DNA of 59,224 nt, filler included, from Gonapodya sp. JEL0774 (taxonomy: Eukaryota), in assembly GCA_027604505.1 (NCBI GenBank). It is 4 parts of 4 records of this genome, joined end to end, with 100 filler letters (N's around TTAATTAATTAA, not from the genome) between each part and the next. Parts side by side here need not be neighbours in the genome. Positions count along the whole stretch, not along the records: positions 29,909 to 44,585 come from JADIIX010000308.1; positions 44,686 to 59,224 come from JADIIX010000310.1; 2 more parts are not named here. One strand, written 5' to 3'. The notes under the pieces are model-generated. The model saw only the letters and a list, made by a program, of their open reading frames with translations, did not search any database and was not told the origin of the DNA. The translations under genes were made by a program, and so were the position numbers. Positions 33,093 to 47,707 of the stretch are shown here, piece by piece (positions within the stretch are counted from its first letter, which is position 1; each line of letters starts with the position of its first letter).

Positions 33093-34320
33093 CTAGAGTG
33101 TTTCCTCCATCCACTTCTTGATCCGCTCCAATCCACTGCCACCTTCCTCATCAGCAGTCAAATCATCCGCCTCCCCGCCTACATGCGCAGGTTCCTGTCC
33201 AACTAAGGCACACTCCACGAACTGTAGATCATTGTCTAGTTGCTCGAAGCGGAAAGGCTCCGACTCGAGGCCAAGAAATACGGCATCAGAAGAGGTATCT
33301 GACGTGTGATGGGAGTCGAGAGAAGCTGTGCGGGTAGACCGCAATTTATCGCTAGGATATGCGGAGGACAGGTTGGGTAGAGCGAACGTGCAAACGATTT
33401 TAGAGGAGGATGGAGCCTCGAGCATTCGCTACCGGAACCAACATTTCCTTCTCCAGTGCCTGCTGTATTTTTTCCTTGGGCCATGCAACAAAGTTGTCCT
33501 GCTTATTGCACACGACCAGAACTCTCGTGTTTTCTTTGGCAATATTCTTTTCTGAAAGAACATCATACAGGCGTTCCGCGACACCCCTGACCTGTCGGAC
33601 AAAAGTTGCAGAGTCAACCATGAAGATGACACCACGGGAGATGGAAGAGAAGTCGCTGAACTTGAAGCGGAGTTTTTCATGTCCAGGAAGATCAATTATA
33701 TGAAGCGGTTTGGCCGCTGGAGGATTTCGCTGTGCAGTCCGACCACGACATGTCGTTGCCACATCGAAACGGAGGCGGGATATGGGAGATCGAGAACGGT
33801 CTTTGGAGTTAAATTAAGAATCAGGCATGCACAGATCCGGGTGGTTGAATTACCTCGTCGGTCCCGAACAAGACGAATGTCGCCTCGTTCTCTTCAAGTG
33901 ATGTAGTTGTGGAAACTGCCTTACCGTATCGAAGCTGCTCCGCGAGAGTCATTGCATTGTCAGCCAAGCAATAGTACTACAGAAAGAGTACTTATTCTCT
34001 CAGAGGGAAACGACTACTCACAAGCGAGAACAGCGTCGTCTTCCCTGCGTCGCATAGTCCTGTAATGAGAAACGAATCCTTCCGGGGCTTCCGCGGAGAA
34101 AGCAGAAAAACTCCGACAGCAGCAAACGCTGAATCCACAGGGCACGATGATCCAATGCGCGAGGTGGGGCGAGCATAGAGTAGAACACGGTTCAGACGAA
34201 ACAGCGTATGGCCGAACCATCACATTGAGGTAGCAAACCTGCGACCACCAGAAGGATAAGGAGGATAGTAGAAAGAGAGAGAACAGTGACTGAGGAAAAA
34301 GATGCAATTGTGGGCTCCAT
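33093..34320 (-). CDS. SRP102: Signal recognition particle receptor beta subunit
   Basis: N-terminal TM (TILLILLVVAG), P-loop GLCDAGKT, IDLPGHEKLR, GVIFMVDS, VVCNKQD, FLGLESEPFRFEQL. Multi-exon. Confidence 0.92.
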
Positions 34321-34424
34321 CGGTACTGCGCGATGTGTGTGCGGATGCGGATTCCTGTTGTGTCCGGCACAAAACGTTCATGATTCTTCATGCACAAGAT
34401 TTCTACGATTCTACTTTTCGCGGA

Positions 34425-35698
34425 ATGGCGATGTTCAACGCTTTGGCGATCCCTTGCACGACGATATTCCTGCTGAGAAACCCGGAAACAGTGCTGCTGT
34501 CACCCAGGTCCTCCGAGCAATCATCACACGACAACAATGATTCATCAAAAGTCTCTGAAAAGCCATCGATTACATCTATGAACGCTTTCACAAAGAATGT
34601 CAGCAAATGTAGTCCGATTCCGCCCTTCAAACAACCTTCGCTTTCAACCGAGGGCCAACAGCTTGCGAACGATAACCCACGCAGCCCCAGCGCCAGCGCT
34701 ACAGCCGGTGCCCCATCTGTCACTGAAACCCAGGAGCAATCGGCACCCTCTTTTGGATTGACATCCTCATCGCGATTAGCTTCTCGGGGAGCAGGAGCTT
34801 CAGGTGGAGCCGATCCTTATGAGAATCAGCTTCTGCGCCGCATCAACTGCAGAGTGGTTTCGATTCCAACTCTTGAGCACGTCTTGATGAATGTTGACGT
34901 CCTTGTGTCGTACCTGGAATCTCGTGCTGACGAATTTTGGGGAATCGTCGCCACCAGCAAGCGTGCTGTAGAAGCACTGGCAGAAGCATGGAATTTGTGT
35001 CATATGCGGAGCGCAGGTCAGTAGCTCGGAGTTGCTTTGATGAGCAGTGGGAGAATCTCGAAAAAGTGCACGGATAAGCAGGATATCGTGACGTATGGGA
35101 TTATGCTGACTTTGTTGCACACTATGCTCACTTTACGCTTCATGGTTTAGATTTTGCTCGAAAGCACGCTGCGCTCTGGCAATCCAAACCATTTTATACG
35201 GTCGGCAAATCAACCGGAGCTGCGGCTCGCGCCATTGGTCTGGCGGTCCTTGGTGACACGGAATCTGGAGGCGCGGAGCTTTTGGCGCATTTCATTCTTT
35301 CTCATACACCATCTCCTCCTCAAAAAAAGTCTCTCCTTTTCCTTGTTGGTGATAAACGCCTCCCAACCTTGCCATCTGTCCTTACTGCCGCTGGATATGC
35401 CTTCTCCGAATTACTGGTGTATCAGACAACTTCGTCCACCAATTTCGGTGACTGCTTTCTTGAGAGTATAGCCAATGTAGGCGTGCCAGCGTGGGTTGTC
35501 GCATTTTCCCCCTCTGGAGTTGAAGTTGCACATGCGGAAGTGGCTCATCAGATTCTAGCGAATGTCCGATGGGCGTGCATTGGCAAAACTACAGCAGAAC
35601 GAGTGCAAGAAAAAGGATGGAAAGTTGGATGTGTGGCAGCGAAACCAACACCAGAATCTTTGGTGGACGCGATTCTTGAGGCTGTTTCGTCGTCCTGA
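34425..35698 (+). CDS. HEM4: Uroporphyrinogen-III synthase
   Basis: IFLLRNP...DPYE, IVATSKRAVEAL, FYTVGKST, LLFLVGDKR, LLVYQT, AFSPSG, CIGKTT, AAKPTPESL. Intron ~35016-35150. Confidence 0.92.
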
Positions 35699-35982
35699 CA
35701 ACGAAAATTCATTTCCTGGCTCCTTCTCTTGGAAGCGGCTTGGTTTAAAGATGAAACGTTGAGTCATTACCGCCCGAAATGACTATCATAAGCAGGAAGT
35801 TGAGTGGACGGAAGCGCCCGGCAGGGCTGACTCAAATTTCCAATGTAAATATGAGACTACATGCGTTGAGTTATGCTTGAAGCGTTTGCAACGTCCGACG
35901 CACTACCTGCCATCGTTGATCGAACGTGCAAGTTTTTGCAACGTCAGAATACCACCCGCCATCGTACAGAGTTCTGCAACAT

Positions 35983-36830
35983 GTCAGAATCACCACCGGC
36001 TATCATGCAGCGTCGGCAACATCTGATGCACCGACCGCCCCACTCTACCGGCGTTCTGCACCGTCTGAAGCACCAACCACCATCGTACCAGCATCCACTG
36101 CATCTCCACTACGTAGAAATCAAGAGTACAACCAATTCATTATAATATTGAGTTTAGTAATATACTAGGAGTTTGCTTTTAATCTGTTCCTCGATGGTCT
36201 AGTGGCTAGGATTCATCGCTCTCACCGATGAGGCCCGGGTTCAATTCCCGGTCGGGGAAAACTTTTTGTCTCTTCTCCGTACTCAATTTCGCATCTGGGA
36301 ACAGGAATGATATCTCCATCTATGGCGGAGTGCATCAATGGATCATTGTGTGGACACTATTGGCGCGTTGTTCGGTTTTGGGGAGTGATGTTCAGCCTTC
36401 TTTTTGGACAGCTAGCTCACCATGAACATCTCCGACCGTTCAAACTGCCACGAGTTTCACGTATCATAGTTCTCATAATCACAAGTATCATCCAAATAGC
36501 CAGCAATTTTCTTGTATGTCGTTATTTCTGCCCACCACAGGCAGGAGTTGCACGATGATGTGATTTGATTTTCGTTCGTGGACACTTGGAACCGATTACG
36601 CTCCAAATTGCACCCAAAAGAGAAGAAGCTCACTAAACTAATTTCAAATCTCTTATTTCTCCGAATCACCAAAAGGCCCCATTCTGAATCACTGTGAAAA
36701 CTTGTCAAGCAGCCGGAGACGCTTCAAAGCTTCGACTTGGAGTACTTATTATTTTCACCTCTGCTCATGTCATGAAGCGAACATTCAAGATCTCGCTGCT
36801 CATTCTCAGCGCTTGGGCGGTTCACTTCAG
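35983..36830 (+). repeat. Local segmental duplication, copy 2
   Basis: Diverged direct copy of 30404-31270. It lacks the ~35-bp internal tandem duplication seen at 30790-30860. Confidence 0.9.
36188..36259 (+). tRNA. trnE-CTC: tRNA-Glu (anticodon CTC), second identical copy
   Basis: Same 72-nt sequence as 30612-30683, followed by a T-run. Confidence 0.97.
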
Positions 36831-37755
36831 TCGCGGTCAGTGAAGTTTTTTTAATTAATGGGTGGTTTGCTCCAGAGGGGTGCCCTCTTCCTCGTTCAAC
36901 AGTTCTTGTACTCATGGCTTTGGTAGGACCTTCATTTTCGGACTTCTGAGCCCTTGTAGGGAACTGCACCGGATGAGTTGAAGGGACAGACGCGTCGCAT
37001 GATGTCCGAGGTGTCGAATGTATTCTTTAACTACGCACCTGAGCTTTTACAGCACATACAGGAACCCGTGATTAAGTTTGTCCATTGGTATGCACACATC
37101 AAATCACCTCTGATACGTCTTCTGGTGAAATCACCTGCTCTCAAAGTGTGCAGCGACTATCCAGTCTCGGTTTTGTTTGTGGGGAACCGTCAGATTTTTG
37201 AGGCTGTCACTTTGGTTATGTTCATCATACGTCGCTCCGCACTCATACTGTTGATGATAATCGATCTTTATTCTTTCAGCGCAAATCTGTCGTTACACTT
37301 GAAGCATGCAACATATTGATTCACGAAGTGATACAGGATTATATGTTCAGCATATGCTCTCTACGGCGAACCATCCATGAGCCGGTCCCTCGACAGATCG
37401 TTACTTTTGTGCAAATTTCAAACCGCTTCTACATGGAGCGGCTCATGCATGATTTACGTGTGCTGTAGTTCGTGATCTTGGGGATAGCTCAAACGGTACT
37501 GCGACGTGATGATAGAACCATCGGCTTTACCGCAAAACTTGAGTCTGTCTTCGTTTCGCTGGATGATCGATGATTAAACAGATCGCAGTTTGCTTCCGGG
37601 GCGGGCGGGATCAGCCATTACAATGCTAATGAAATCAAAACCACCTTTTGCGGCTACTCAACGTACATGTGCCCATCTACAAAAAGCGATCTGTAGAGCT
37701 CACGAGAAATTGACTGATCTCTGGAATCAACCAAACCCACCCAATCTGTGGGTAG

Positions 37756-38030
37756 TTGCAAGCGAGTCATAATACTCTTCCGCTGGCCCTCATCTATATA
37801 ACTCGGATCCAGATGAATCGGCGCCCCTACAAATTGGCTCCGGTCGCGGAATTAAATGTGCATCCGTGGCTCTTGGGATCGGGTATCGGGGATCGGTGGA
37901 TGCATCATCTGAGGTTCCAGAGGCGCCACATAACGTCATCAGCAACAAAACAATGTTCACCTTGGCTGGAACCCAGATGTACTCGAGCGATGTGCATTCC
38001 CATTCTCAGATGGGCAGTTCTTTTCTGTTG
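37756..38030 (+). pseudogene. Pho80/Pcl-like cyclin-box fragment, frameshifted
   Basis: SHNTLPLALIYITRIQ...VAELNV, then in another frame SVALGIG...ISNKTMFTLAG. Resembles the ALLYIxRL...SE.RL..VALML...TNKTW pattern of Pcl cyclins. Confidence 0.4.
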
Positions 38031-38265
38031 GTGAAGGTTGAAAGCATTTTTTGCGGTTTTCATGATCTTCTACCGCGGACGTTCGGAAGCAAAGGCTGTC
38101 ACGGGCCGATAAGTTACCGCCGAACAGGGATGCACAACCCCCACAGTGATCGATATCGGACCTTCAATATAAGCTTGATCATGCGTTGATCACACTCCAG
38201 AAGCTCTCAAAACGTTCAATCAATCTTCACATTCACCCAAGAGCAACTCCCGCCTACGCCTAACC

Positions 38266-40638
38266 ATGCTCGAAGAAGAGAAGCTCGTAAACAAGGAAAA
38301 TGTTGACTTGGAAGCTAAGGTAAGCTTGGCAAGAGGCGTTTAGAATCACGCTCTGGGGGATCTCTAACAGCGTTCCTTGTCGCTCGCAACCAACAGCTCG
38401 AGAAGGAAGAGAAGTACGCATTGCTGCCTGATGCCCCCTCAAACAACTGATCCCGTTGACAAACAACCCCCCCATCTGTTTGCTCCTCAGTGCCATTGGC
38501 ATCGAGATTCGCGGACTAGAGCGTGTGCTTCCAGAGGATCGCAAGCACACTACCATGATCGACAACTTGACCATGTGGTTCAGCGCCGACTTTTCGATCG
38601 CCCCACTCGCTAACGGATCGTGAGTTGTTTCTGGCATGTATTCGGAATTAAGCTTCCCTCTCAAAATGTGTTAATTTTACTCTAGGATCGGTTTAACCTA
38701 CTTTGCGCTCTCCCTCTCGGAATCAATCACCGTCGTCGTCATCACCAACTTTGTCGTGCTGTCTGTTGTCTGTGGGTTTCTCGAATGCTCATCAGTTTCT
38801 GTTGTGAATCAGCTCAAAGAATGTCTGGGTTGCATTTTATGTCCTGTTGGTCTTCCGCTAGCCTATTTCGCCACCTTCGGGCCCCGCCTTGGTCTTCGTC
38901 AGTTCATTGTCAGCCGATACTCCTTCGGGTGGTACCCAAACAAGATTATGGGAATTCTAAGCAGCATCACGTCTCTCGGGTGGAGCTGCGTAAACGTGAT
39001 TTCTGCTGGTTTGCTGCTCACCTCGGCATCCGACGACCGGCTCCCGGCTTGGGCCTCTATCCTCATCTTGGCGGTTCTGACATCCGTTATTGGGTAGGGT
39101 TTATTGTTCGCATTCACGATTTGTATCTTCATTGATATTCATTTTCTCTAATCTCCCCGTTAAGCATCTTCGGATACAAATGGGTCCACCGGTACGAACG
39201 CTTCGCGTGGTTCCCACTGTTGATTGCATTCTCCATTCTGCTTGGCTTGGCTGCTCCGGATATTGCCAATGTACCTGATAACAACGCAGACTACCCCACC
39301 AGGGTGAGTTGGGAGGGTCGTTACGTCCCCGCCACTCAGATTCGAAAGTCAAGATCATGCATTTCCGCTTGTAAAAGATCGGCAACGTGCTGAGCTACAC
39401 GGCGACGGTAATTTCAATGGTTGGCTGGTGTACCGCGGCTTGCGATTTCAACGTCAACATGGTATGTGCCACCTTGCGAGCAATCCATTGGAAAATCACA
39501 CCTTCAACTCGATCATCGGTATCCTCCATGATCCCTACCAGCCTGAAGACTCCAACATGTACCTGGTCTGGCTTTACACATTCGTCGGAACCTTCGTCCC
39601 CACCGTGTTCTTGATGATCAGCGGTCTCCTCATTGTCACGACAGCCCAGAACGTCCCTGCATACGCAGCCGCTCTCGGTGTCACAGGAAACGTTCCCGCC
39701 CTCATGCAGACAATCTACACGGCTAAATTGGGCGGGTTCGGTCGATTCTTGACGATCTTGGTGGCTCTGAGTGTAGTTCAGGTTAACATCGCCAACGACT
39801 ACTCGTGCGTTCCATCTGTGGATATGAAAGTTTTTATACGAGTGACTTACTATGCCTCACATCTTTTATAGGCTGGGTCTTTCACTTCAGGTTGGCGGGC
39901 CCGCATTTTTCCAGAAGGTGCCTCGATGGTTCTGGACGCTTTTTGGTTCGGTCCTCTGTATGTTTGAATAGCCTTTTCTTCACTTCGTGAATCCAAGGAC
40001 TGATTGGGGTGCCACTTTGTGAACCAGATATTGTTGTCGCTTGCTTCGGTGCGAACTCCTATGTCTCCACACTGTCTAACTTCCTGCCGCTGGTTGGATA
40101 CTGGGTGAGAGCTTCATCGGTGAACTGGATTATTTACTTTTTTATGTTTACCTCCTGCGGCTTTTGTCCACACTATCCCCAGGTGACAATCTATGTGACC
40201 ATTGTGTTCATTGAGGACGTCTGGGTAAGCTTCTTGATCGATCCTCACAACTGATTTAAAATGGAGATTGAAATCTCGACTCCCTAACTTGTCTATAGTT
40301 CCGCCGAGGGAAATACGATGCCACCGCTTGGAACAACATCAACAGACTTCCCCACGGCTACGCCGCTGGAGTTGCATTCTGCATCGGTATTGTGGGAGCG
40401 GGACTGGGAATGAACCAAGCGTGGGCTGAGGGACCTCTTTCGAAAGCCGTACGTACACGCTTTTCTTTCCACCGTTAGATCGTTCACAGTTGTTTGATGG
40501 ACCATGGGCCATGCATGTTTACAGGTCGGTCCCGTCGGAGCGGACATCGGTACTGAGCTCGGTGTTGGCTTTTCGGCTCTCTCGTACCTCCTACTTCGAC
40601 CACTCGAGGCGAAGTTCACTGGTCGTTTCAAAGCGTAG
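38266..40638 (+). CDS. FCY2: Purine-cytosine permease (NCS1 family, Fcy2/Tpn1-like), many introns
   Basis: GIEIRGLERV, FATFGPRLGLRQFIVSRYSFGW, GWSCVNVI, GYKWVHRYER, SNFLPLVGYW, GMNQAWAEGP, GADIGTELG, LRPLEAKFTGR. The symbol is family-level only. Confidence 0.9.
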
Positions 40639-41087
40639 TGACGCTTTTGTTGGGGGACTTGTAGATCTCAATTTTGTCGGACGTGCTTCCTTTTATTTTG
40701 TTCCTCTTCTGGACTTATATTACGATTTGGGTGCGCCGTAGATACTTATGACGGAAGTATTCAATATGTTATTGTGTCATGGTTGTTGCTGTTTGGAACG
40801 TGGGGGATTCTCTTGCCATTTTGCATGTCACGTGAATGTGTTCCGCCAGATGCCCCTGATTGGTTCCCTGTTGGATTATTGGCTTTTGAAGGGCAGGAAA
40901 CCCACATGTCAGCACGCTATATAACTGAGTAACATGTGGATGACGGAGATAATTGCGGAAACACTGGGAGTTTTGGGTACCACAGCCCTCATGGTATTAA
41001 TTACATTCACATGTTGTAATGTGAAGTAAACGGTGGCAAGGTCCATCAAGTGATTAGTTGTACAGAGTTCTGAGCAGCAAGAGTGCC

Positions 41088-43186
<2,099 letters not shown>

Positions 43187-43900
43187 TCAAAAATGCTGGA
43201 TAGGTAGCTGTTAATGAATGCGACCACGGCTTTTATTGGAGATTCCTGGGGAAGAAGACATGATGGTCCGAACATGGCGACAGAATTGAAAGGCGGATGA
43301 TTGGATTTGGAGTATGAACCCTTTCTCACATCATCAACCACATCTCTGATTCTAAACCCGGGCCCCTTATAAACCCTGCCATGCGACAAAAGCAAGAAGG
43401 CACACAACAAACGAACTCTTCGCGAACCAATTTACACAGGAATATGTTTCACTCCATAGTCACTAGTGCACACAAACACAAATATAAGTTTTATCACCGG
43501 ATATCAGTTATCACCCTGCCACAACCACTGCTCTTTATAGTAAACAACACGCAAAGCTCATAGCTTGTCGACCTCATACCACCAAAGCATCAGTGGACCC
43601 AGACATAATGTTCTATTTGCTCTCAGAGGTATTCGGAATCCCTAACGAAAGCTGTGTTCGCATCTGGCTGATACTTTGATCTCACACATCGAAGAGATGT
43701 TATTCTGAGCAAATTCAACAGTACTAGAACAGAAATAACATCCGGTGTTTATTTCTGCGAGCGAACTCACCGGTTGGGAAGGAGTATGTAAAATATTATT
43801 CAAGTGGGCAGATGCCGATTACACACTTCTATTATCAACAAAGTACGTTCGTGGTATAAGCAGGTGATGCGCTTTTGTTCCATTGACTTGTCGAACAAGT

Positions 43901-44585
43901 TCATTGAGAACCCCCAAGCACTTGAGTGTACGCGATGTCCACCATGGCCTGTTGAAGAAATCGTACACAACAGTCATATACAGATGATTAACTCAAAACA
44001 CAACCGGTCACATGTTCTACTCACGTCCAGCTCTGCATCTCCATCCGCGTCCATCTCAGTTGGCACCGTGAAAGTTCCGGTAGAACCTTTGCGTCCCGCA
44101 GCTGCGAGGTCACACACAAGCTGTGTTGGAGTGCGCAGAACAGAGCGAGGGGTGGGTTCAAGGTGAGCCTGTGCGGCAGGTGTGAGAGTGCTCGAAGTAG
44201 GCTTAAAAGTGAGATGGGAGCGGCGTAAACAAAAAAAGCAGACCCGTTGGCAAAGTTCAGTCTAACCTCCAACTCCATCGGGTGCACAGCCTCTGGAGTT
44301 CCAGCACTGGTGGTCGTTGCTTGAGCTCCAGGACTCGTGAGCGCGTGAGCTCCTGGGATCATTGTCGTAGCTCGGATGATCTGGGCTACCTGTGGGGCTG
44401 TCGCACCGACTTGCGGAAGTTTGATGATGGGTTTCCGCTTTCCTCCCGCAATCTTGATCGGCACCGGAGCGACAATGGTGATCGCTCCAGATGACGAAGA
44501 CCCTGTGGTGTTGCCAGGAACAGGTGACGGCGAGTCGGGATCTTTGAGCGTGAGAACAGCGAGCGCGGACGAAGGCGTTGCAGGG
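43901..44585 (-). CDS. 3' end of a low-complexity hypothetical gene (cut by contig end)
   Basis: Phase-consistent exons ...MELE|AHLEP...AELD|AMVDIAYTQVLGGSQ* with GT-AG introns. Confidence 0.5.
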
Positions 44586-44685
44586 NNNNNNNNNNNNNNN
44601 NNNNNNNNNNNNNNNNNNNNNNNNNNNNNTTAATTAATTAANNNNNNNNNNNNNNNNNNNNNNNNNNNNNNNNNNNNNNNNNNNN
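44586..44685. other. Artificial contig linker
   Basis: N44-TTAATTAATTAA-N44. Confidence 0.98.
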
Positions 44686-44715
44686 GTACCCCCTTCCCCC
44701 ATCCCCCCTTACTCA

Positions 44716-47091
44716 CCCCCCCGTTCGCGAGCCACGTGGCCCCACTGACGTAACTCGCCTCGTCACTGGCCAAGAACGCAATGACATTGGCCATCTCCTC
44801 TGGCCTGCCTGTTCTCTGCACGCCCGGGGCCCGAGTCGGGGAGAACTCCATGGCCGGGGCGGAGCTGGTGGTCATGGAGGTGTCGATGAAGCCGGGGGCG
44901 ATGGTGTTGACGCGGACTTTTTGGGGGCCGAGCTGGGAGGGCGGGGGGGGGGGGGGGGGGGGGCCAGGGTTTTGGGGGGGGGAGGGGTACCGACCCGGAT
45001 GGCGAGGGTTGGTTGGCCCGGGCNNNNNNNNNNGGTTTGTTTGTTTTTGTGGGCTTGCCCCACCCCGCCCGCGTCCCACCCCCCTTGCTCTCCCCCCCCC
45101 CCCCCCCCCGGGCGGCCCCCCCCCCGGGGGGGGGGGGGGGGGGGGGGGGGCCCAAGGTTTTGGGAGGGGAGAGGGTGAGCGACGCGGATGGCGAGGGTTG
45201 GTGAGCACGTGCTCGAACACCTTTTCCAAAAACCCGACATCCCCTGTGCCGCGTTCCCGCGTTCCCTTCTCCTTCACCCTCCCCGTCCCCTCCCCCGCCC
45301 CTCGCTCCCCGTTCCCGCCCACCACGTCCACCTCGGGGTGTCACACGCTCCCCGCTCCACTCAACGTACCTGGTACGACGCGGTTTCGGCCAAGCTGTTG
45401 GCGGCTGGAGGGGATGCGCGGGTAAGGTGCGTGGGAACCGGGTGGTCCGGGTGTTGGTGGGCGGGGGCGGGGCCGGGGAGAGGTGTTTTCGGTGAGTGCA
45501 AGTGCAAAACGGAGGCCTATCCTTCCCCCGATTCACAAAGACCTCGCGATGGAACCACCACCCGGCCCACTCCCTAACTTTTCCACCCCCACCCAACTCG
45601 CGGGGAGAGGTGTTTTTCCGTGAGTGCAAAACGGAGGCTTATGCTTGCCCGATTCACAAAAACCTGGCGCCTGAAACCAATACCCGGCCAACTCCCTAAC
45701 TTTTCCATCCCCCACCCAACCAACCCCCCCTCCCCCACCCAACCCCAACTCACCGGCCTTACTGGCCACATAATCCGCGCTGACCCTCGCTCCAAGCAGC
45801 GGCACGCCCACCTCGCTCCCGTTGATCACGATGGATCCACCGGGTGCGGTCTTGGAGGCGGAGAGGACGGACATGGCGGGCGTGCAGTGTTTGATGATGA
45901 AGAAGGGGTGAAGGACGTTNNNNNNNNGNACAGGGGTGGTGATTGGTGAGGGAGGCGGGTGGAGAGGTGGACCACTGGGCGCTGATGGCGGATGGCGGAT
46001 CCTTTCCTCGTGGAGGGTGCGAAACCGAGTGCGGCACCCCACGACCAGACCACGGCCATGACCGGATTCCTCCGGATCCCTCCGACCCCCTCCCGCCCGA
46101 ATTCGGACCCCGGAACCAGGCCACCACCCACACCCACACCGGACTCGCCCGGCAACTGTAACTCACCCTGAGCGTCATCATGAACTCGTCCTCTGTGATT
46201 TCGGTGAGCGGAGTGGATCCGAGATCGGTGCCGCTGGAGTGGCGGGTTGAAGATGGGGGGGGGGGGGGGGGGGGGTGAGGTGGTGGTGGTGGTTTGAAAC
46301 GGGGACAGGGGGGAAAGGGACAAGGACGGACATGGTGAGCGACAGGAGATAGAGAGATGGAGAGATGGAGAGATGGAGAGATCAGGGTGCGTGCGCTGGG
46401 GATGAAGTGTGTCGCGTCGCACTGGTCGCAGTCCGGAGTCCGGTCGGGACCGGGTGGCCTCGGGTTTTTTTTTTCTTCGCTCACACTCCACACTCGGTGC
46501 CACCCACCACCCAGCTCAGCTCGCTACTGGGCTCGTCCCGTGCTGGGTTCCGCTCGTAAGCCCTCGCTCCTCCTACTCATTACTCACCCCCACCCGGCAT
46601 TCGCCACCGCAACATCGAGTCTTGACCAATTATCCAGTGCGAACTTGACGAGGTTCTTGATGTCTTGTTCGCTGCTGGCTTCGGCCTGGAAGGGGACTGC
46701 GGCGGTGGAGGGGTAGAGTGATTTGAGGTGGTCGCAGAGGGACTGGGTTGTGGCGAGTTTGGCGGCGCCTGGGCGGCAGGTGAGGATGACTGCGAGTGCG
46801 CTGGAGGTGGGGGGGGGGGGGGGGTGTTTGGTGAGGTTGCAGGGGGAGTGAGGTGGGATATTGAGTGGGATATGGAGTGTGATACGGAGTGTGAGTAACA
46901 GATGCCGAGTTATGTGGACCGCCCGTCTGACGCGGTGTAGAAAACGTGTGGACAAACCCAACCCCCGGACACGTGTCTGCATATATTTGTACAGACCCTT
47001 CCTGTGCAAACTTTGATGCAGTTGCGAACCCGATTCCGTTTTTGGAACCCGCGCCAGTGACGATGCAGACTTTTCCAGCGAGTCTGGCCAT
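44716..47091 (-). CDS. Short-chain dehydrogenase/reductase (FabG-like classical SDR), last exon missing
   Basis: MARLAGKVCIVTGAGSKNGIG, LDVAVANAG, GGSIVINGS, catalytic YVASK, VRVNTIAPGFIDT, EEMANVIAFLASDEASYVSG. Confidence 0.92.
45474..45722. repeat. Intronic tandem duplication (~127-bp unit, 2 copies)
   Basis: CGGGGAGAGGTGTTTT...GTGCAAAACGGAGGC...CGATTCACAAA...ACTCCCTAACTTTTCCA starts at 45474 and 45601. Confidence 0.8.
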
Positions 47092-47707
47092 GATGTGGGT
47101 TTGGAGTGTGTGAGTTGATGGGGATGGGAATTGAGACGGCGATTCGATTGGGGTGGAAGAGCGAGGAAAGCGATTGCAGAACAGGAGAGAAAAGAAAACG
47201 GGGAGGGGAGTGTGCGAGAGTGGGCGGGAGTGGGCAAAAGAAGAGCGGACCGGAGTTTTGAGTGGAGGTGGCGGTTCAGGAAGCCGCACTGCACTGATCG
47301 GACCGCCTAGAGGCACCGTGCATCGGACCACAGCACCGACCCCGATCAGGCCGCAGGTTGCGAAGACTCGATGGCTTCACCCAGACTACATAGTGCAGCC
47401 ACCTGCGTCCTGACCCCCCGCACACACACACGCACAGTCCACCCCCACCCCCCTCGCGCCCCTCGCACCCCACTCTACCCCCCCACCCAACCCACACAAC
47501 CACCCCCCCCCCCCCCAGAGCACCCCCCCCCCCCCCCCACAAACCCCCACCCCCCCGCCACCCCCCCACCCCCCCCACCCAACCCCAACCCCAAACCCCC
47601 CAACCNNNNNNNNNNCCTCGCACCCCACTCTCCCACCCCTCGCACCCCTGTCTCCCACCCCTCGCACCCCACTCTCCCACCTCCCCCTGTCTCCCACCGA
47701 TCGCCCC

